Assembly (NCBI GenBank): GCA_964016885.1
Contig: OZ024745.1
Span: forward strand, 128,216,001-128,280,000
Direction: 5' to 3'
DNA from: Eledone cirrhosa
Lineage: Eukaryota
DNA length: 64,000 nt
In this document: positions 41,423 through 55,092 of the stretch, in pieces
Numbering within the stretch: position 1 is the stretch's first letter
How the letters are laid out: each line of letters opens with the position of its first letter
The notes under the pieces: model-generated
What the model saw: the letters and a program-made list of their open reading frames with translations, nothing else
Database searches by the model: none
What the model was told of the DNA's origin: nothing
Translations under genes and position numbers: made by a program

Positions 41423-41615
41423 AAATTATCGCTCTACATGGCTGAATACAATAAATGTAATTTGAGTTTTTCGAATATTAATGATAATATTCGATTCGTT
41501 TGCAATTATGCAAGCACCCTTTTTTTATAGCCATGTCAGTAGAATGAACCCGTCATTCTAGCTCTTGTGTCTGGGTATCACCCTTCATCGGTACAATTCA
41601 CTGTTCACCTGCCAA
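41423..41615 (-). mobile_element. Single-arm copy of the 54632-54980 fold-back family
   Basis: Shares cgctctacatggctgaat..ttcgattcgtttgcaattatgcaa..tatagccatgtcagt.gaatgaacc. Confidence 0.8.
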
Positions 41616-41660
41616 CTGTCAGAGCTAGTGAAAATATATGATATTTTCTAAAATATACAG

Positions 41661-41839
41661 TGACTGATCGGTCTGATTTGCAAATTAGCAGACTGGCTGA
41701 TCAGTCAGATCTGCATATCAGCAGGCAGGCCAGTCAGTTTCCTGTATCAAATACATTGCCTTCAAGAAATCCATTACATTTTGGCGGTAATATACCGGAA
41801 ATACCAAAACCCAAAAGGATAAATAGTGATATTTTGTGA
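41661..41839 (+). CDS. Candidate terminal coding exon (phase 1): xTDRSDLQISRLADQSDLHISRQASQFPVSNTLPSRNPLHFGGNIPEIPKPKRINSDIL*
   Basis: tacAG acceptor and 59 codons to TGA. Followed by repeat-free AT-rich UTR-like sequence with AATAAA at ~42481 and ~42508. Confidence 0.4.
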
Positions 41840-42741
41840 GATGCTATATCAAAAACCTTAACTGATTCAAATACCTTCTGCCTGTCGATACGCTTAATCT
41901 ACTCGTTAGGGCTTTATAATACTTGTGATAGGTGATAATTTTTACAAAGAAAGACAATTTGCCTCACCGTTTAGAAATTTCATTAAAATCTTCTTCATTA
42001 TAGTTTTCATAACCTTTCATATATATGCCAAGCTAATAGACCGATAGATTTCTATCTAAGTAGTTGATAATTTTTGAATTATTGCTTGAGACTGAAGAGA
42101 AGTTAATTCTCAGGAAGAAAAATTAAGATTTGATATGAATGATAAAGCATATGTAAATTCATAGGTTAAGATTTTTAAAACATTCTGTCACTTGTACCAC
42201 TGTACCTCACTTTGTAACTTCGTTGTAACTTTTTATAACGTTAAACCAGAAAATAATATTTTATTTTAACATCATATCAATTCATAAATTAAACTTGAAA
42301 ATACGATTTTAGAATGTAGTAGTTTGGATTTGAAGTTAAACTTAAAAAATGATTGTTTCTCCAGGTACTGTTTCTTCATTCAGACTTTTTCGCACCATTA
42401 CATTTCTTTAAGATGGTTAAGATATCCAGTAAGTAAACAAAACCTATTCTGTGAAGTTTTATAGAATCAAACAAACAGTGAATAAAATCTATTCGAACAA
42501 AGTGATAAATAAATACACATCTTTAAAGATAAAAACACACACTTTTAAAAGATAATACATTATACACCAGAAACCAAGATGTTTGACACAAAATGTAAGA
42601 CATATCTTTAGTAGTAGGCTCAGTATAGAATATAAACAAACTAAAGTGGAAACAATTGCTTTGTTGTGGAAAGAGGGATAATCTAACGTTTCAAACGTCC
42701 TTAGACTTTAAATCAAACCATTACATGACTGCAAACAAATA

Positions 42742-42917
42742 CAGGTAAAATTCCGTTATAACGAATACCATTATAACGAATTTTTCAATATAACGAAACG
42801 TTTTTTTAAATCTCTGTGGTAATAACAAACAAATGCTCGATTAAGAATTTTTCGTTATAACGAATATTTTTATACTCCGTAAATTTCATGATATTGTATA
42901 TTACACTTTCGTACTGT
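42742..42917. mobile_element. Tigger/pogo-like MITE remnant
   Basis: ta-caggtaaaattccgttataacg start; repeated palindromic cgttataacg; ends tactgt. Confidence 0.55.
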
Positions 42918-43291
42918 TTCTGCTCCCTATTTTCCAATACATACAATCATCCGGTTCACCCGATTCTATTATTTACCTCGTTGTGGTAAATAATGGTTTA
43001 GTTCTTAATATAGTCATAAAATACAATTCAAAACAAAACAAACATGAAATAATTGTTTTCTCTAAAATATACAATTATCGCTTTAATATCCGAACGATCG
43101 CATTCAAATAAGAAACTCGGAGTGAGGACAAATTAAGAGAGAGAGAGGAGTGAGAGATTGAGAGAGAAAGAGATAGAGAGACAGAGAGAGAGAGAGAGAG
43201 AGGGGAGGAGGAGAGGAGATTGAGAGAGAGAGAGGAGGAGAGATTGAGAGAGAGGAGGAGGGGAAGATTGAGAGAGAGAGAAAGGAGAGAT

Positions 43292-43360
<69 letters not shown>

Positions 43361-43624
43361 AGAGATTATGAGACAGAGAGAGACGGGGGAGAGAGATTAT
43401 GAGAGACAAAAAGAGAGAAGTGAGAAAGAAACAGGGCGAGAGAGAGATAAAGAGAGTGAGAGAGATTATGAGAGAAAGAGATCTAATTTATTGTAATTGT
43501 GTTTTTTGTTCGCAAGAAAAACGCTTTAATATACAGAATAATAACAATGAATAAAAACAAAAAGATAAGAAATGAATCATTTCATAGGATTTTGGTCAAG
43601 TAATAAAATGAGATTAGATAATCA

Positions 43625-44360
43625 TTCTGAAAACATCAACTACGGTGGTCTGGATATATTCTCTGCATGGCTGACAAGCGTACCCTTTAGCAATTGATTT
43701 AAGGGGAATTGTTTCTAAGAAGAAGGAAACAGTATGAGCCAAAGAAAATATTCAAGGATGCATTGAAGGAGAACTTTTTAAAAAATTGATTAAAAGAAGC
43801 TAAAAAGTCACGCAGTGGGTCGCTCTACTTGTCGTTCAAATATATGGAATATTGTGAAAACCTTGGATCAAAACAGGCTAATACAGATAAATATTGGTTT
43901 CTGATTTAGGCATAAGGCCAAAACTTTGGGGGAGGGGAAAGTCGATTAAATCGACCCAAGTGCATTACTGGTACTTTATTTCACCGACCCAGTAAGGATG
44001 AAAGCTAAAGCTGACTTCAGCAGGATTTGAACTTAGATAATAAAGGGCCCTAACTCTATGCCATAAAGCATGTTGTCCGACGCTCTACCGATACTGCTTA
44101 TCAACCGCCCTATACAGATAAATATTAAGAGGGGGAAAAAAAAACAGCCAGTAAGGGAATATAAACTTAATGGAACGTTTTCTACTTATACAGTTTGTAG
44201 CAAAATCTGTCCGTCTAAGGTTGGATTTTAATCTCAGATAACAGCACTTAATATGACGCTTCCTACTGACTATAGAACGTACAAACCAGTTCACCTTTAT
44301 CAATGCGACATATGCCATGAGATCTGCATATCTCAATCAGGTCTGATGAGACATTTCAAA
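43625..44360 (+). pseudogene. Decayed RTE LINE 3' end with terminal C2H2 finger, interrupted by a SINE
   Basis: HQLRWSGYILCMADKR..GEL..R..PKKIFKDALKEN; YQCDICHEICISQSGLMRH. Confidence 0.75.
43893..44110 (-). mobile_element. Main tRNA-SINE with TSD
   Basis: atacagataaatatt on both sides. Confidence 0.9.
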
Positions 44361-44494
44361 TTTGGTCAATTTCTGACACCACGGGAAGTTCAAGCTGCAC
44401 TGAAACTAATGTACAATTTATGGGGAAGCCTTTTATGCCGACTCGGCATCAAGTACACTGAAGTGGACAAGCTTTATATTGAACAGACAGCAAT

Positions 44495-44560
<66 letters not shown>

Positions 44561-44563
<3 letters not shown>

Positions 44564-45143
44564 TGGCTGCCAACTCGTTTTCGAGTACGGCCACTACTTT
44601 ATATCCATGTAGGAGAACCCTTACCAATGCGCTGAACGAGTGTGACTTTTTAGTCCAGCCAGCGACTTGAAAACTCTGGTACAAACACTACACTTGTGAC
44701 AATTATTGACACATAGTGCTGGGCCCATGGTACCATGTGACGACAAGTCCAGAGAGATCTCCAGATATAAAGCAATACCTGTGCCGTGAAGCTTTTATAG
44801 TGAGCAAAGGCACTGCACAAAGCCAGTCCCACTCTTTTAACCAAGATGATATTTACCAAAAAGAAGAACAAGTCAACATCATTGGATACCATCAGGGTTG
44901 CAGGTGTTATATCAGAGTTTTCCTTCTCCTAGAATTCTGCCTTGACAAATGCTAAGGATCATCTCTCCCGGTGATTTTGGATGGCCATTGACTCTTAAGA
45001 GCACCTTTGCCCTTTGACATGTTTTGTTTTTAGTCCTGCAGGATGTCCAAAGTCACTCTCCCCACCAAGAAACCTTGGTGAGGTTGACAGTTTACTCGCC
45101 AACGACCCGACCATGAGACAGATTCTACTGGGATACATGTTAC
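44561..45143 (-). mobile_element. ~590-bp non-coding interspersed element in (TA)n, copy 1
   Basis: Highly similar to 49105-49705. Minus strand has ctaggagaaggaaaactctg, which resembles an RTE 5'-UTR motif. Confidence 0.8.
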
Positions 45144-45176
45144 ATGTTACATATATATATATATATACATGTATAT

Positions 45177-45242
<66 letters not shown>

Positions 45243-45666
45243 TATCATTTAATTTTAATTTGTTTTAAGATTGAACTCTAAATAGGTGTTTACACTGTTT
45301 TCACCTTTTATTTGTATACATATACAAGGAGTATTTGCAAAGAAATAAAACGTGATGTTTCAGTAGAAATGAAACTTGGAGCTGTTTTTGTATTAGTTTG
45401 TGGTTTCTGAACGCCTAGACGTCAGCAAACACCGAATAATTATGTCAATCTAAAACATCTTCAAACTATAAATCAGAGATCATTTTGAATTCTTCCAATG
45501 CGTGTTTCACATGATTTTATTTTGAGCCTGTTCTGGACTTTAGAACTGAAATTTGATCATTCGTTCATTTTTCTTCCGGGTTTCTGTAACACTAAAGATA
45601 AGAACGTTTGGTTGAATTAGCCAAATTAAATTGAACCAATTAATCTTCAGTTTATTATTTAACCCT

Positions 45667-46146
45667 GGATTGGCAGTATCGATAGAGGGTCAGACGTCAT
45701 GCATTCCAGCTTAGAGTTACGTCCCTTTATGATCTGAGTTCAAATCCCGCCGATGTTAGCTTTGCCTTTCATCCTTACGGGGTCGATAAAATAAAGTACC
45801 AGTAATGCACTGGAATAATTGCTGGCCTTGTGTTAAAAGTAGAAACAATTATTAAACCCTGGTTTACTAACGAGCTTTGTGGTGATTTCGCTCTATATTA
45901 TGTGTGTAAATATGTGATATGATATTATATTGGTTTCTTATATAGGCACAAGGCCAGCAATTTTGGGGGAGGGGCAGTCGATTAAATCGACCCCAGTGCG
46001 TGACTGGTACTCTATTTTATCGACCCCATAAGGATGAAAGGCAAAGTTAACCTCGGCAGGATTTGAACTCAGATCATAAAGGGCCGTAACTCTATGCTGC
46101 AAAGCATGGCGTCCGACCCTCTACCGATACTGCCAATCCACTGCCT
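45667..46146. mobile_element. Inverted (tail-to-tail) pair of main SINEs
   Basis: + copy at 45667-45853, - copy at 45930-46146. Confidence 0.9.
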
Positions 46147-46394
46147 TGACATGATAGAATATTAAGATGAATGTCTCGTGTTGATGTTATATATCGATAA
46201 ATATTCTTGTGTGCGTATGAGTGTGCATTTGTGTGTGTATGAGTATGTACGTGCTTATGACTATGAGTTTGTGTGTATGTGTAAGAGTTTGTGTGTGTGT
46301 GTATATATATACGCGTGTGTGTATGTTTGTATGAGTTTGTGTGTTTGCGCATGTGTGAATGTATGAATGAGTGTGTGTGAGTGATTGCGTTCAT

Positions 46395-46434
<40 letters not shown>

Positions 46435-47386
46435 CGCTTGCCAAATGTTTCATTGAACGAAAAATTTGTACGGTTATATAATCCTGAGTATTTTATATAT
46501 CGCAAACACATATCATGCTCTACACATTTCTAACACAATAGATTGTTGAGCCGTTTCATAGGAAAGTCATACATTGTGTGAGAATGAAACGAATCTCTCA
46601 TATGAACAACTACAATGAAAACTAAATCGGTTAGTATTCTCTTACTACTTCTCCAATTTCCACCATATAATCACTATCACCTCCAAGATCATGTGACAAG
46701 CTCCAAATGTATATATTCATAGTAACACTTTTTTTTTTATTGTAGATTCAATCAGAGATAGAACTAGCTGAACGAACCTGTACTATGATTCACCGATGCG
46801 TGAACACTGATAAGCTGATAGAGGTGGCCAGCATTGTGTTTTACTTGTGGTGTTTTATATCTAAGGGTGTTATTGTCCTTTGATAGTGGTGGTAATGCTG
46901 GCGGTGTTGTTTGTGGCGGTTGATGGTAGAATGTTGTCTTTTGATGTTGGATTATGGTATGATCATATGCTGTTGGCTTATGTGGCGTTGGATTGGTGTG
47001 TTATGGGGGTGTTGACGTGTGGTGCGTTGTTTTATGACGTTTTATGGGGATTTTACTTCAGAGTAATAAGTAGTTGCTATACGGTACAGTGCTGTGCTAC
47101 CTGCTTGTGTGAATATTGTAATGGCATGTTTGTGCTACCTGAAAGCGTGATAGAGTGCTATTGACTTATTGCCTGTTGCTTTAGTGATTTTGTCTTACAT
47201 TACGTCTGTAAATATGTAGCATGATATTATACAGCAATAGTTTGAATTGTACTGGCTATATCTTATATTCTTAAAAGGTAGAAACACAATTTTTCAGTTT
47301 TTGTTGCTTAGTCGAATTAGCTCGAACCTTTTCAATAGAAATGATTGAACTGAAGGCCCCCAAATGCTAGATGATGTTGCTTAAAT

Positions 47387-47597
47387 CAGGCATGTCAAAC
47401 ATGCGGCCCTTTAGAAGCACACCTGCGGCCCGCACAAAGACTTTTACTGCGCGAGCATGTTCTATCTTCGTAATATAAATTTTAAAAAATTAGTTGTAAT
47501 GTCAGCAATTATTGTCGTGTGTGGCCCTCAGACAATACATATGTGACCCATGTGACCCTCAGACAATACATATGTGACCCTCAGTTTAACATGACTG
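47387..47597. mobile_element. hAT-Charlie-type MITE with perfect 8-bp TSD
   Basis: gcttaaat|caggcatgtcaaac ... gtttaacatgactg|gcttaaat. Confidence 0.9.
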
Positions 47598-47880
47598 GCT
47601 TAAATGATTGACTGATACATCTAACACCCCAGTAAGCCACGACAGTATTTAAATGCAGGATAAAAATATTCTACTACACACAAGGCATCGGTAGCTTTAA
47701 TACGTCTGGTTATACGTATGCTGTCTCCTGGCAATATATTGTGAAATTATGATGCGACGGTGTTGCAAAATTTCTGGTTCAATTAATATAGATAACATTT
47801 TTTAACGATAAGAAATGTATTTTCTACATACCATTACATAAACCATCTTCCACACTTCTGTCTTTCTTACAATTCCTCAA

Positions 47881-47928
<48 letters not shown>

Positions 47929-47930
47929 AT

Positions 47931-47969
<39 letters not shown>

Positions 47970-48033
47970 CTATCTTTCGCACTTTCTCCCTTTCTTTTCT
48001 CTATTTCTCCCTTTCTCTTTCTGCCTTTCTGTT

Positions 48034-48116
<83 letters not shown>

Positions 48117-48148
48117 ATGTCTCCCTTTTACCTCTCTCTCTCTCACTC

Positions 48149-48220
<72 letters not shown>

Positions 48221-48298
48221 ATTCTTTCTTTCTTCCTTTCTTTATTTCTTTCTCTATCTTTCGCACTTTCTCCCTTTCTCTTTCTGCCTTTCTCTGTT

Positions 48299-48377
<79 letters not shown>

Positions 48378-48929
48378 CTTTCTTTCTTTCTCTTTCTCTT
48401 CCTATGTCTCCATTTTACCTCTCTCTCTCTCTCACTCTTTCTATTTCTCTCTCTCTCTCTCTCACTCTCTCTCTCTCTCTCTTCCATTGTTACTTTCTTT
48501 CTCTCACACTTCCAGCGATTCGTTTCTTTACTATATATATATATAGGTAAATGCATGTATGTATACGTACATACATATATGTATACAGACGTACAGTAGT
48601 ATGTATATATATACATACATGCACACATATATATATATGCACGTATCGGTTTACCGAACATTTATTATAATGCTCGGTTTGTTTGTTTGTAAACAAACAA
48701 ACAGCCCGAATTACGCCGTACAGTGTTTAGGCACCACGTCACCTTTTTGTTCAACACTGACACAGGAACGGTGTACTAGTTTCAAACTTATTAGCTATCG
48801 TCAGCATCGTATACCTTCCTGCCAGATGGTTGAACCTCTGAAAGTATATACTTTCCTTATGCATATTAACGGCTGAGCAGCCTAATTTGCATATCGAGTG
48901 AGTTCAGTCGGCCGGGCACACCGAAATCG

Positions 48930-49055
48930 ATAAATGGAATAGAATGAAACGAAATTTCATTTCTCACTCTTAGTACGGCACTTACTTAAATGTAATTACA
49001 TTTAAGTAAGTGCCGTACTAAGAGTGAGAAATGAAATTTCGTTTCATTCTATTCC

Positions 49056-49061
<6 letters not shown>
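48930..49061. repeat. 132-bp perfect spacer-less palindrome
   Basis: Centre tgtaa|ttaca. One arm also occurs alone at ~29826-29885. Confidence 0.95.
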
Positions 49062-49104
<43 letters not shown>

Positions 49105-49107
<3 letters not shown>

Positions 49108-49705
49108 TGGCTGCCAACTCGTTTTCGAGTACGGCCACTACTTTATATCCATGTAGGAGAACCCCTACCGATGCGCTGAATGAGTGTGACTTTTCAGTCC
49201 AGCCAGCAACTTAAAAACTCTGGTACAAACACTACACTTGTGACAATTACTGACACATAGTGCTGGGCCCATGGTACCATGTGACGACAAGTGCAGAGAG
49301 ATCTCCAGATATAAAGCAATGCCTGTGCCGTGAAGCTTTTATAGTGAGCAAAGGCACTGCACAAAGCCAGTCCCACTCTCTTAACCAAGATGATATTTAC
49401 CAAAAAGAAGAACAAGTCAACATCATTGGATACCATCAGGGTTGCAGGTGTTATATCAGAGTTTTCCTTCTCCTAGAATTCTGCCTTGACAAAGGCTAAG
49501 GGGTCATCTCTCCCGGTGATTTTGGACGGCCATTGAGCTCCTTTGGCCTTTGACAGGTTTTGTTTTTAGTCCTGTAGGATGTCCAAAGTCACCCTCCTCA
49601 CCAAGAAACCTTGGTGGGGTTGCCAGTTTAGTCGCCAACGACTCGACCATGAGACAGGTTGTACTGGGATACATGTTACCAGTAGCACCAACTGGTGACC
49701 TGACA
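49105..49705 (-). mobile_element. ~600-bp element in (TA)n, copy 2
   Basis: Same left boundary tggtggctgccaactcg as the 44561 copy. Confidence 0.8.
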
Positions 49706-49743
49706 TAATATATATATATATATATACATATATATACACAAAC

Positions 49744-49775
<32 letters not shown>

Positions 49776-50036
49776 ATTACATATATATATACATATATAT
49801 ATACATATATATACATAAATTTTGAGTATTTGTTGGTTGTTTAGGGACACCTCAGTATGCAGATTGGAGCACTCGACGAAGTACGCAGGTTGGTTTGTTT
49901 ACTCCGGAGTAATGTAAAATAATTAAGTGAAATATGTAAAATTTGGCTTCGTTTATTATAAATTATAGATATACATATATATATATATACACATACATAT
50001 ATATATATACATATATATATACACACACGCACATAT

Positions 50037-50141
<105 letters not shown>

Positions 50142-50176
50142 CATATATAACTACAACATTTGTATGAAGATATAAT

Positions 50177-50795
50177 AATTGTTTCTACATTTGGTACAAG
50201 GCCAGCAATTACCTCAGTGTATTACTGGTACTTTATTTTATCGACCCCGTAAGGATGAAAGGCAAAGCTAACCTCGGCGGGATTTGAACTCAGAACGTAA
50301 AAGGCCGTAACTCTATGCAGCAAAGCATGTTGTCCGATGTTGTCCGAATAGTAATAATAATGCTTTCTGATTTAGGCACAAGGCCAGCATTTTTAGGGGA
50401 CAGGGAAACTCCATTAAATCGACCCCAATGCATCACTGCTGCTTTATTTTATCGACCCCGTAAGGATGAAAGGCAAAGTTAACCTCGGCGGGATTTGAAG
50501 TCAGACAGTAAAGGGTTGTAACTCTATGCTGCAAAATATGGTATCTGACGCTCTACCAATACTGCCAATCCACCGCATTATATGAAGATATAATAATTCT
50601 TTCTACTTTGGCACAAAGCCAGCAACTACCCCAGTGTATTACTGGTACTTTAATTTATCGACCCCGTAAAGATGAAAGGCAAAGTTAACCTCGGCGGGAT
50701 TTGAAGTCATAGAGTAAAGGGCCGTAACTCTTTGCTGCAAAGCATGGATTGGCAGATTGGTGGATTGGCAGCATTGGTATGCTGCCAATCCAGCA
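50177..50795 (-). mobile_element. Three tandem main SINE copies
   Basis: Core repeated at ~50240, ~50450 and ~50660. tatgaagatataa recurs at junctions. Confidence 0.9.
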
Positions 50796-50812
50796 CACTA
50801 TATGAAGATATA

Positions 50813-51472
50813 AACCAAAGTAACTCGACCATAACAGAACAGCATTATCAGCGAGTAACCGAAGTAACTCGACCATAACAGAACAGCTTTATCAGCGAGT
50901 AACCAAAGTAACTCGACCATAACAGAACAGCATTATCAGCGAGTAACCGAAGTAACTCGACCATAACAGAACAGCATTATCAGCGAGTAACCAAAGTAAC
51001 TCGACCATAACAGAACAGCATTATCAGCGAGTAACCGAAGTAACTCGACCATAACAGAACAGCTTTATCAGCGAGTAACCGAAGTAACTCGACCATAACA
51101 GAACAGCATTATCAGCGAGTAACCAAAGTAACTCGACCATAACAGAACAGCTTTATCAGCGAGTAACCAAAGTAACTCGACCATAACAGAACAGCTTTAT
51201 CAGCGAGTAACCGAAGTAACTCGACCATAACAGAACAGCTTTATCAGCGAGTAACCAAAGTAACTCGACCATAACAGAACAGCTTTATCAGCGAGTAACC
51301 GAAGTAACTCGACCATAACAGAACAGCATTATCAGCGAGTAACCGAAGTAACTCGACCATAACAGAACAGCATTATCAGCGAGTAACCGAAGTAACTCGA
51401 CCATAACAGAACAGCTTTATCAGCGAGTAACCAAAGTAACTCGACCATAACAGAACAGCTTTATCAGCGAGT
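50813..51472. repeat. 44-bp minisatellite, 15 copies
   Basis: aacc(a/g)aagtaactcgaccataacagaacagc(a/t)ttatcagcgagt. Confidence 0.95.
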
Positions 51473-51956
51473 CTTCTCAGATGTAAAAACATTCAACTTA
51501 TCAGTAAATTCACATATACATATTGCCAATAAAATGAGCTCATTATAAATGATACTAATTATCATTCAAAATGCATATGGTTATGAATTGTTTATTATCC
51601 ACATGGAATAAAATGTATTGATACAATCACTTACAAAAATATTCAAAATCGATGACAAATATTCTGCAAATACATGTAATTTGTGATAGCTCAGTTATTT
51701 TCATGTTTTATTAATTTATACATCAATCAACTGGTTCGATTTTGCAGCTAATTATTCGCTATCTGATTTATGTATATGTATATGTAAAATATACATATAC
51801 ATTGTATATATATATATATGTGTGTGTGTGTGCGCGCGCGTGTGTGTGTGTGTGCGCGCGTGCGCGCGTGTGTGTGTGTGTGTGTGCGTGTGTGTGTGTA
51901 TGCATATATGTATATATAGAGACACACACATGCATATGTATATATATATGTATATA

Positions 51957-52120
51957 TAACGAAGGAGGTGTGGTAAGAAACCAGGTCGATCATAACGCAC
52001 CAGTGTACTCAATACTTAGCGTAGTAGAGTGGGTAATAGGAAAATGATTAGGAAAATGATTAAGACCCCGACGGCAGAGCTCAAGCCGTTTCGACGGCTA
52101 TTTCTGGACTGAAATAGCCG
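51957..52120 (-). mobile_element. Family C, single arm
   Basis: Homologous to 25819-25970. Confidence 0.85.
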
Positions 52121-52402
52121 GATTACTTCTGCCTGACTTCAAATCTCGGTGGCCCCGCGATTCCGCCTCACTAATGCCATGATCTCATCAGACAGCTTCT
52201 AATATGTATATACTGTAGTTCACATTTGTTATAAATATCCAAGTATAGGAGCACTCAGTCCATAGGAGGAGTTAAGTATAATTAGTCACGATAGTGACAT
52301 ATACAAGTAAAACAAAGGTGTAAGTATTTCTGTGCGAGGATGTGTGTTTCTCTCTGTCTCTCTCTCTTGCTCTCTTGCTCTCTCTCTCTCTATCTCTCTC
52401 TT

Positions 52403-52443
<41 letters not shown>

Positions 52444-52913
52444 GTGTGTCTGTATGCATATGTATTTACTACCATAATCAAATGTATCTGTCGCAGCTTG
52501 CTTATATATTTAGTATTGCCCTCTTTATTTCCTTTTAACGGCTTTTTTGTGGCTAAATTGTTATGTACTTGCGTTTACCATACAAAGAGTTTCAATTGGA
52601 GTTGATAAAGTACTCATACAACTGTCCAACAGTCATAAACTATACAATTCTAATCTTAAGATTATCATCATAAACTATGGGGCATAATATATGAATATAT
52701 GACTTATGTATGTCGTAGTCAATAAAAGAAATAACGTGGTTTTCAGCGTGTGCGTGTATATTGGTACGCCCACCCATATATATATATGCGTTTCTATATA
52801 TATATAGAGAGAGATAAATATACACGGGTGTGTATGATTGTGTATAGAAGATTATATTAATTAAAGAAATTCCAACTTTGTCTGATTTATTCCTTTTATT
52901 TACAATCCTTTAA

Positions 52914-53313
52914 AATTTATAATGGTATTAGAATGAAATAGTATGGTAGAATATTAAATGTTAACTGTTAATTAAACAAGTACTTTCATGCTTTCGCAAT
53001 CTTCAGGTTCATATTCTGTGGTGGCAGTCAAGTTTGCAATTTTCAACTGTAATGAGATGGGTAAATTGTGTGCCTTATATACAGTAAAAAGTGGCTACAG
53101 AATGCTAAATCTTGCAAACTGTATTTCGACCAATCGGTGTGTAGTTTCACTGGATTACTAAAGCTGATTGGTTTAGGCGTCACGGTTGGTTGAGCATATC
53201 TAACGACTACTATTTGACCCTATCCAAAGCATCAATTGTTTTGCTATTTTTAGAAATGATGAAAATAGCATTTTCTAGTAATCATCACCATCAACATCAC
53301 TTTTATTATTATT

Positions 53314-53346
<33 letters not shown>

Positions 53347-53527
53347 AGTGGTCGTAGTCATAGTTATAGTAGGAGTAATATTATTGTTGTTCATTTAGCT
53401 TGGGTTTGAATTTATCAATAAAATTCTTTTCTTTGATTCTTCTCTTGATTTCACAAAGTACTTGTTCAATTAACACTTAACATTTAATATTCTACCATAC
53501 TATTTCATTCTACTACCATTATAAATT
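52914..53527. repeat. ~72-bp inverted repeats around a ~470-bp spacer
   Basis: 52914-52985 mirrors 53456-53527. The same sequence occurs at 37235-37375. Confidence 0.8.
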
Positions 53528-53549
53528 GTAAACATATATATATATATGT

Positions 53550-53667
<118 letters not shown>

Positions 53668-53741
53668 TATGTATATATATATATATATGCGTATGTATAT
53701 ATATATATATACATACATACGCACACACACACACATATATG

Positions 53742-53808
<67 letters not shown>

Positions 53809-53851
53809 ATGATATTAATAAATGTAAACTATATTTATAAAACAAACTTTG

Positions 53852-53912
53852 TATTTTATCTGATGAAAGCGTACCAAAGTTTTGGTACCCTTGAAATATA
53901 TATCATAGAATA
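53852..53912 (+). ncRNA. Type I hammerhead ribozyme, family A (element ~53806-54043)
   Basis: tattttat-CTGATGA-aag c gtaccaa agtt ttggtac c ctt-GAAA-tatata-TC-atagaata. Confidence 0.85.
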
Positions 53913-54041
53913 AATATGGTTTTATAAATATAGTTTCCATTTATTAATATCATTGACATTATACTCCAAAAAACATGTCGAGTGCTTCGAATCTGATATA
54001 AATATATTTGTTGAATTACCAACAAATTAAATATCCCTTCG

Positions 54042-54134
<93 letters not shown>

Positions 54135-54191
54135 ATATATGTGTGTGTGTGTGCGTATGTATGTATATATATATATATATATATATACATA

Positions 54192-54273
<82 letters not shown>

Positions 54274-54379
54274 CAAAACTATATATATATATATATATGT
54301 AGAGTAGACAAAACTATATAGATATATGTATGTATGTATAAAACGAAAGTTCAGACACGGATTATTATTAAAGCATTAT

Positions 54380-54457
54380 CATTGATTTACAAACGTTTCG
54401 CTAGACTAACAGGAATGTAGAGTCCATTCCTTTAAGAATGGCTCATCAGAATCAATG
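54380..54457 (-). ncRNA. Type I hammerhead with branched stem II, in a decayed fold-back (54335-54610)
   Basis: cattgatt-CTGATGA-gc[cattc..gaatg][gact..agtc]ta gc-GAAAC-gttt-GTA-aatcaatg. Confidence 0.8.
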
Positions 54458-54631
54458 GAACCCAAATAATTTACCTGGCATGTTAAAATATTCACGAGTG
54501 GGAAAAAAAGAGAAATGGACTCTTCATATTCGTTGGTCTAGCAAACGTTTTTAAATCTAGTAAATAAATGTATTAATAATAATCCTTGTTGAAAATTTAG
54601 TTATACATATATGTATATATATATATATAAA

Positions 54632-55092
<461 letters not shown>

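Noticed and set aside
41570-41600. Hammerhead in the 41423/54632 family
   Set aside because: Only degenerate cores (ccgatga..agac; catga..caaaac), so a consensus is needed.
44561-44650. HDV-like ribozyme at the element boundary
   Set aside because: A P1-like helix with G-U exists, but there is too little room for P3/L3 and no P1.1.
50813-51472. CRISPR array
   Set aside because: Contiguous tandem units with no unique spacers.
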